Shown piece by piece: positions 55,667 to 64,000 of a DNA stretch of 64,000 bases. Both the position numbers and the translations under genes were made by a program. The stretch comes from Eledone cirrhosa (lineage: Eukaryota): NCBI GenBank assembly GCA_964016885.1, contig OZ024742.1:305288001-305352000 (forward strand), given 5' to 3'. The notes below the pieces were generated by a model. It saw nothing but the letters and a program-made list of their open reading frames with translations, did not search any database and was not told where the DNA came from. Position 1 is the stretch's first letter; the number at the start of each line of letters is the position of its first letter.

Positions 55667-55788
55667 TCAACGAACCATATTAATCTTTGGTTATATATAC
55701 ATATATATAGGAAAATGTTCAAGGCCCCGACGGCAGAGCTCTGTATACACATACATATATACACACATATATATATATATATGTGTGT

Positions 55789-55873
<85 letters not shown>

Positions 55874-56462
55874 TGTGTGTGTGTGTGTAAGTCGGCATAT
55901 GAGTGTATCTGATAGAAAAAAAGCCAACAAGGGCACTACTTTGCGGTTTCTGGACCCGCTAAAAATAGCAGCGATATCACCTTTGAAAATAAAAAAAAGG
56001 GGCATCACATAAAGTAGTTAGAATAATTTATGCCTAATAAATAGAATGTAAATGTCATGGCTGGAATGTGCTCGATCAGGGTTAAACAACAACCTGTCAA
56101 ATAGCATGTCTGTTAAACTGCCTGTCTGCCTGTCGGTGTACTGTTGTTTGGCCGCCTGCTTGCCTGTCTGTCTGCATGCCTATCAGAACAGTCAATCAGT
56201 TGTCTTCCTCTCCTTGTCTATCTTCATATGTCTGTCTGTGTGTGTCTGCTTGTCCATGCCTGTGTCAGCCAATCAATATGTCTGACTGTGCGTCTGTCAG
56301 TCTGTGCCTTGTGTCAGCCAATCAGTCCGTCCGTCTGTCTGCCTGTTTACGTGGCTCTCTGTCTGCTGTCTGTCTGTTTGGTTGGAGCGCTGGCTTCTCG
56401 TGTGGCTCTTTCTCAAATCACTTTGTCAAGGAAGGTCCGAAATTTTCGTCCGACAGTTTATG

Positions 56463-56521
<59 letters not shown>

Positions 56522-56777
56522 TATATATATATATATATATGCATATATATATAAACTGTTCTAAAGCGTGAATAAGGGATGCATACACACCATAAACCTT
56601 ATATATACACATATAAAAAGACATACATCGAAAGAAATACAGACAGGCACGAAATACTTGTGTGTTTATTTGGATTATAACATATCACTACAATGTTTTC
56701 GTTTATACATAAACACAAATATACATACATACATACATACATATCTACATACATATACACATATCTATTTATCTATG

Positions 56778-56808
<31 letters not shown>

Positions 56809-57030
56809 CATCAATGAATAATTTGTCATATAGTACTCAACCTCTTCTTTCTCCGGTATCGTTTTTCTGTAACTCTTAATAGAACATTAACAGAAGAAAC
56901 ATTATTTCATATTACACCCAAACTCACACACTCGCGGACATACACATACGTACACATGTGAAAACATCACTTACATTTCTATTTTCCTGTTCTTTCTCTT
57001 TCAATATACATTTGTTTATCACTCTGTCTG

Positions 57031-57101
<71 letters not shown>

Positions 57102-57108
57102 GTCTGTA

Positions 57109-57146
<38 letters not shown>

Positions 57147-57344
57147 TCTGTCTATCTATCTATCTATCTATCGATCGATAAATCAAGCTATCTCTCGATC
57201 TACCTATCTCTTGATCTATCTATCATTCTATCTATTTCCTTTTCTCTGTGTTGTGTATATCCTCTGTAACCATTGTTCATAACCTTACGTCTTCTATGTA
57301 TTTCTGTCTTCTTCTACTCCTTCTTTCTCTCTCACTCACTCACC

Positions 57345-57446
<102 letters not shown>

Positions 57447-57560
57447 CTGTCTTCCTTTCTATATAGACATCTGCTACCATCTCCCTGTCATGCCGTCCAG
57501 AAAGGCGAAAATCAAGATGAAAACAAAGGACTAGATAGACCTACAGACACTCATATATAT

Positions 57561-57669
<109 letters not shown>

Positions 57670-58973
57670 CTATGATTTGTACGTAAATGAAAGTCGTAAG
57701 AAGACTTGAAAGTAGAAAAAAAAAACAATGAATGACATAAAGAAATAAAATCATTAGAGAGTGTAAAGGGGAAATAACGGTGGGTGGGTAGAATAATGTA
57801 GAGTGACAGAGAGAGGGGGATAAAGAGAGTAGATAGAGTGAGAATAAGAGAGAGAGGGGGGGGATAGATGTATTGAGAATAGTAAAGGAAAGAAAAGGTG
57901 AGAGAAAGATAGTTATTAATTAGAAAGATATATAGAGTGGAATAGAAAAAAAACACTCACAAGAAGAGAGTGAGAGAGAAATATATATATATATAGAAGG
58001 AAATAAAGAGAAAGACATAAAGAGTGAGAGAGAGAGAGAGCTAGAGAGAGAGAGAAAGCTAGTTGTGAGGAAGGTGAGGGTGAGAGAAGGAGATAGCAGT
58101 TTCTCGACGGCCATGTCCTCCCTTGCAGGGAACGCTGCCGGCCACAGAATTTCAATGAAGAAAACGTCTAGATTATTAGGGAAAAGATCGACTGTGAATT
58201 TGGTGAAACGTAGTGGTCGTCAAACGAAGCTAGGAACCGAGGTAAAAAAAAATTACAAAAATTCAAAACAAAACAAACAAAATAATCCCATCATATAAAA
58301 ACATACACACACGCATACATATATATACAAAGCACTAATACACGCACGCGCGGCACGCACAAACACGCGCATTTACCTACACACAGACAGACAGAATACG
58401 AGCTAATCCATGTCTATCTCATTTCTATCCTTTCCTTCCTTACTTGCTAGTTTTTAAGGAAAAATCATCAAAACAATTGTAAAACAGTATTTAATAAGAA
58501 ACATACATCATACACAAAACACGTTATAATCTTTTTGTAAATGTTCATGGTTTTACTAGTCAATTTTAACACAAATATATACACATTTCACAAACAAATT
58601 TAATAACAAACACCACCAAGCATAACATTGTTTATTTTTTACTTTCTCTTTTTTACCGTCGTCTCTTTATTTTTTATTTGTTTGTTTGAATATAATTTTT
58701 ATTAAAAAAAAATTCCATTTTTTTTTCCATTTATTTCGTCATATTTTGCTTACCATCTATCTTATCTTCCAAATTGTTGTTTATACTTTAAAGATGAGGG
58801 GGATTTTTACCTCTCGTATTTATTATTACTATTATGTGTCCTTGTGGTAGATAAATTATTATTGTTATAATTATAATTATTTATTATTGATATATCCTTT
58901 ATACCATTCATGTCATCGTTAAAGTCTGATGAAAAACATATATATACATAAACATATATATATATATAGATAG

Positions 58974-59024
<51 letters not shown>

Positions 59025-59041
59025 GATATATATATATAAAG

Positions 59042-59074
<33 letters not shown>

Positions 59075-59628
59075 ATCTGTTTGTATTTTTCGCGTACCAT
59101 GTACACACATGCACGACACTTCATACAAACATTCTCCTTTTAAGTCTTCGAAGGACTCCACTGACTTACCTTTTTATCTGACGTAGCTCCTAAGGAAACA
59201 CCACATACAACAACAACAACTACTACTACTACTACTAGATAATATTCACGCAAACTCACCCAACATTACTACCACAACCAATACTACTATCATCAACCAG
59301 AACAACAACCCTTACTGCTATGACTAAACTATCAGTATCGTTTACCACTGCCTCCAATACAACCATATAAACACTACTATTGCTATTATTACAAACATTT
59401 AAACACTACTATCGCCACTAATATAAACATATAAGTACTACCAACACTAATACTACCAATTGCACTAATAAAATCATATAAACACTACCACCGCTAATAC
59501 TACTAAAACGAAAACTATTAATGTACACTTGAAGCGTTGTATTCCTCACAATTCATGTCGCTACACACACATGCTAATGTGCACTTATTGTGTATATATG
59601 TATGATTGTATATATGTATGTGTATATA

Positions 59629-59697
<69 letters not shown>

Positions 59698-59700
59698 GTG

Positions 59701-59734
<34 letters not shown>

Positions 59735-60222
59735 TGTATGTATGTATGTATGTATGTATGTATGTATGTGTACATATGCATGTATGTATGTATGCTTGTT
59801 TGCATGTATGTATGTATGTATGCATGCATGTATGTATGTATGCATTTATGTATGTATATGTCCATTTATATATATATATATAGAGAGAGAGAATGTTTCA
59901 TAAATTATTAGTGATTCTTTTCATCGAAGATTCGCTGAAACTAGTGAGTTTTCATATATTTATGTAAGAATATATATATATATATATGTATATATGTGTG
60001 TGTTTGTGTGTGTGTGTGTCCGTCTGTCTATGTGTAAGTGCGATTATGTGTATACAACACACAGTTAAGGGTGTGTTTAAAATGGAGCTATATAGCAAAA
60101 CAATGATCCGATTTACTACATGCACGTTTTCCAAAATTTGAGTCTTGCGATTGTTTATATTTTCAAGCCAGTAGTTATTTATACATTCATTCACACACGC
60201 ACACATATTCATGCGTATATAT

Positions 60223-60294
<72 letters not shown>

Positions 60295-60392
60295 ATGTAT
60301 ATATGTGTGTGTGTGTGTGTGTGTTGTGTTTATCTCAAATCAAATCAACATCAGCTGTAAGATTTCAATTAAACTTTTAATATCACGTTCAA

Positions 60393-60795
60393 CATGTATG
60401 TATGTATGTATGTATGTATGTATGTATGTATGTATGTATGTATGTATGTATGTATGTATGTATGTGTGTATGTGTGTTTGTATGTATGTGTGCATATATG
60501 TGTGTATGTTTGTTTGTATGTATGTGTGCATATATGTGCGTATGTTTGTATGTATGTGTGCATATATGTTTGTATGTTTGTATGTATGTATGTCTGCATA
60601 TATGTGTGTATGTATGTTTGTATGTATGTTTGTATCTATGTGTGCATATATGTGCGTATGTTTGTATGTATGTGTGCATATATGTGTGTATGTTTGTATG
60701 TGTGCATATATGTGCGTGTGTTTGTATGTATGTGTGCATATATGTGCGTATGTTTGTATGTTTGTGTGCATATATGTTTGTATGTTCGTATGTAT
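60393..60795. repeat. (TATG)n grading into a TATG-derived minisatellite of about 28 bp
   Basis: Recurrent gtatgtgtgcatatatgtgygtatgttt. Confidence 0.85.
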
Positions 60796-61259
60796 CTATA
60801 AAATGTATATGTGTATGTAAAATACATGTTTGTATGATATGCCTGTTCTATAAACTATATTCAATGAGTTATAGTTAACTCTGACCGAATAAATGAATGT
60901 AAACACCATCTCTGTCTATACAATATATTTCCGGGAGGGAATACACACACACACATACACACACACACACGCACACATATATATATATATATATTTATAT
61001 ATAATATTCGATGGTCTCTTTATCTTTCACTAACTACATTATATACTGTACATCCACCCATCCATATATACATATGTACATGCATACATAAATACACACA
61101 TGCATACATGTATACATACATATATATAACATATGCACACACACAAACAAACCCATATATGCATACATACATTCATACATACATACAAATATACATACAC
61201 ACATACACACATACAAATATACATACATACATACATACATACATACATACATACATACA

Positions 61260-61291
<32 letters not shown>

Positions 61292-61549
61292 ATGTAGTTT
61301 GTGAGAGATAAAGAGACCATCGAATATGCTAGTTAAATCGATTAATCACGTCTGGTCATCACTTTGGCTATATTGTTGCTTCCCACGTCTTTACTCATCT
61401 TCCCTATCGGTCTGTACTGCCTGACCAGCTGTAATGCTTTCATCATGCTTCATGTACTTTGTTAACTATCACCTCCTTCCATTCATCCGTCTATCCATGT
61501 AAGTCTCCTGACCACCTTACCTCATGTGTAATAAATGTATATTATTTAA

Positions 61550-61632
61550 CATCCTTACGGGGTCGATAAAATAAAGTACCAGTAATGCACTGAGAAATTG
61601 CTGGACTTGTGTCAAAAGTAGAAACAATTATT
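61550..61632 (+). mobile_element. SINE family A, 3' fragment
   Basis: catccttacggggtcgataaaataaagtaccag..agaaacaattatt. Confidence 0.88.
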
Positions 61633-61716
61633 TAACATAAATGTTTGTCCGTTTGCCTGTCTTTCCCTCACTTGTACTCCATCCACCTTCTGTCTATCTA
61701 TCTGTCTATCTGTCTC

Positions 61717-61835
<119 letters not shown>

Positions 61836-62231
61836 CTAACCACCCCTCTATATTCTATGCACTCAGTAATACACCACTAACACCTCTCTCTGCCACCAAC
61901 AACATACGACAATATTCTAGCTGTCCACCTGTCCACTCTCACCGGTCAACTTCTTTAGCTGTTCAAGTCATTTACAAGGTTATTTAACGTATTTTTTTCA
62001 TGAGTGTTTATATGACCATATCTCTAATGGTTCCGCCGAAGCTGGAGCGTGCCAGTGAGTTCCTTTAATGTCCTTGCTGTTGTTACGGTTAAGGTGTTTC
62101 TTATGGAGAAAAAAAAAGTTGTGGATATCTTTAATGGGTTGTCATCTATCATATATAACAGCTATTTACTTCACTGTTCTCTGGCTTTAGTTATTATCTT
62201 ACCATATTTCATGCTTATATATATATATATT

Positions 62232-62760
<529 letters not shown>

Positions 62761-63120
62761 CATGTATGTTTGTATGTATATATGCATATGATGATGATGG
62801 CTGCCCCCTCGTTATCGAGTATGGCCATTGCACGAGGAAAAAAAATATATATATATGCATATATATACATACATACATATATATATATACATATACACAT
62901 ACACATACATACATACATATATATACATACGTACATGTATGTATGTATGTATGTATGTATGTATGTATGTATGTATGTATGTATGTATATAGACACGTCC
63001 ACATGTATATTTCGGTTGTCTCACTTATATTATTGTCTTAATATGTAATGTAATGATGTAGATATGTTTAATATATATATATCTATTTATATATATATAT
63101 ATATATTTATATATACATAA

Positions 63121-63159
<39 letters not shown>

Positions 63160-63555
63160 CACAGACACATATATATATGGCCTGGAAGGGAAAACTTGTA
63201 TACATGAGTGACTGCTAGTCTTCCAGAAAAACACCTTGCTTTGGCCTTGGGGGATTAATTTCTAGGTGCAAATCTCATGGCGATTTAAGATCGAGGTGTT
63301 CTTTAACCATCTATGTAACTATCTATCTCTATTATTCTCCCTTTCTGTATCTGTCTCTTTACACACACACACACACACACACGCACACACACACACTCAC
63401 ACACACACGCACGCGCACACACACACATATATATATACATATAAGTATGTGTATATATATATATAAGTATATGTATATAAGTGTGAAAGCAGCGATTCTT
63501 TGCTTAAACTTTAATCTGCTCTTATAATATATATATATATATATATGTGTGTGTG

Positions 63556-63587
<32 letters not shown>

Positions 63588-63670
63588 GGAATATAAATAT
63601 GTATATGCAAATATATATATGTATATGTATTTATATATATATTTATATATATATATATATGTATATATAT

Positions 63671-63900
63671 GCAATATCGGGGAGCTTCCAACAGCAATGG
63701 TTGCATTTTTTAAGGGTATGTCAATATTTATTTATAAAACTGATCTATATTATATTTTATCTGATGAAAGCACACCATAATTTAACTTGGTGTCCTTGAA
63801 ATATGTATAATGAAATAAATATGGTTTTATAAATATAGTTTCCATTTGTTAATATCGTATTTTTATTGTTGTATCCCATCAATTTAAATAGAACTTTTAC
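63671..63900 (+). mobile_element. Mini-PLE, family 'ATGGTTGCA', in (TA)n
   Basis: Homologous to the copies at 22163 and 25790. The tail is partly deleted. Confidence 0.82.
63754..63816 (+). ncRNA. Type I hammerhead ribozyme
   Basis: ATTTTAT-CTGATGA-AAGCACACCA-TAATTTAACT-TGGTGTCCTT-GAAA-TATGTA-TA^ATGAAAT. Confidence 0.82.
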
Positions 63901-64000
63901 ATATATATATATATATATTTATTTAAATACACTGTGTATTTTTCTATTTAAACCCTCTTTCTCTCTAATACTTTTCCTCCCTCTTTCCTCGCTGTTTAAG

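Larger units (their letters stand above)
55034..55693. mobile_element. Mini-PLE hairpin (arms 55034-55204 and 55212-55389) plus tail, same family as 27564
   Basis: Inverted arms around a 7-nt loop, two hammerheads and TTGAGTGCT at 55417. The tail is interrupted by a SINE. Confidence 0.88.

Noticed and set aside
58925-58940. CTGATGA as a hammerhead start (also 2400-2410 on the minus strand)
   Set aside because: No matching stem II, GAAA and stem III follow.

Overview
This is AT-rich eukaryotic intronic or intergenic DNA with very dense microsatellites. The repeat families resemble those of octopod cephalopods, which is an inference from recall, not a database result. No host protein-coding exon can be confidently called, and nearly all listed ORFs are simple-repeat translations. 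The window holds tRNA-derived SINEs, remnants of RTE, R4/Dong and Tx1/L1 LINEs, Tc1/mariner and hAT MITEs, and 33-bp and 53-bp minisatellites. The main finding is a dense, multi-family population of Penelope-like element (PLE) derivatives inserted in (TA)n. They carry about 11 type I hammerhead ribozyme motifs with intact CUGANGA and GAAA cores, plus several degenerate ones. They share one architecture: an inverted pLTR piece, then a sense piece with a short 3' tail, then (TA)n. Most tails carry a TYGAGTRCT motif, and two copies retain GIY-YIG endonuclease remnants. All coordinates and pairings were read by eye and may be off by a few bases.
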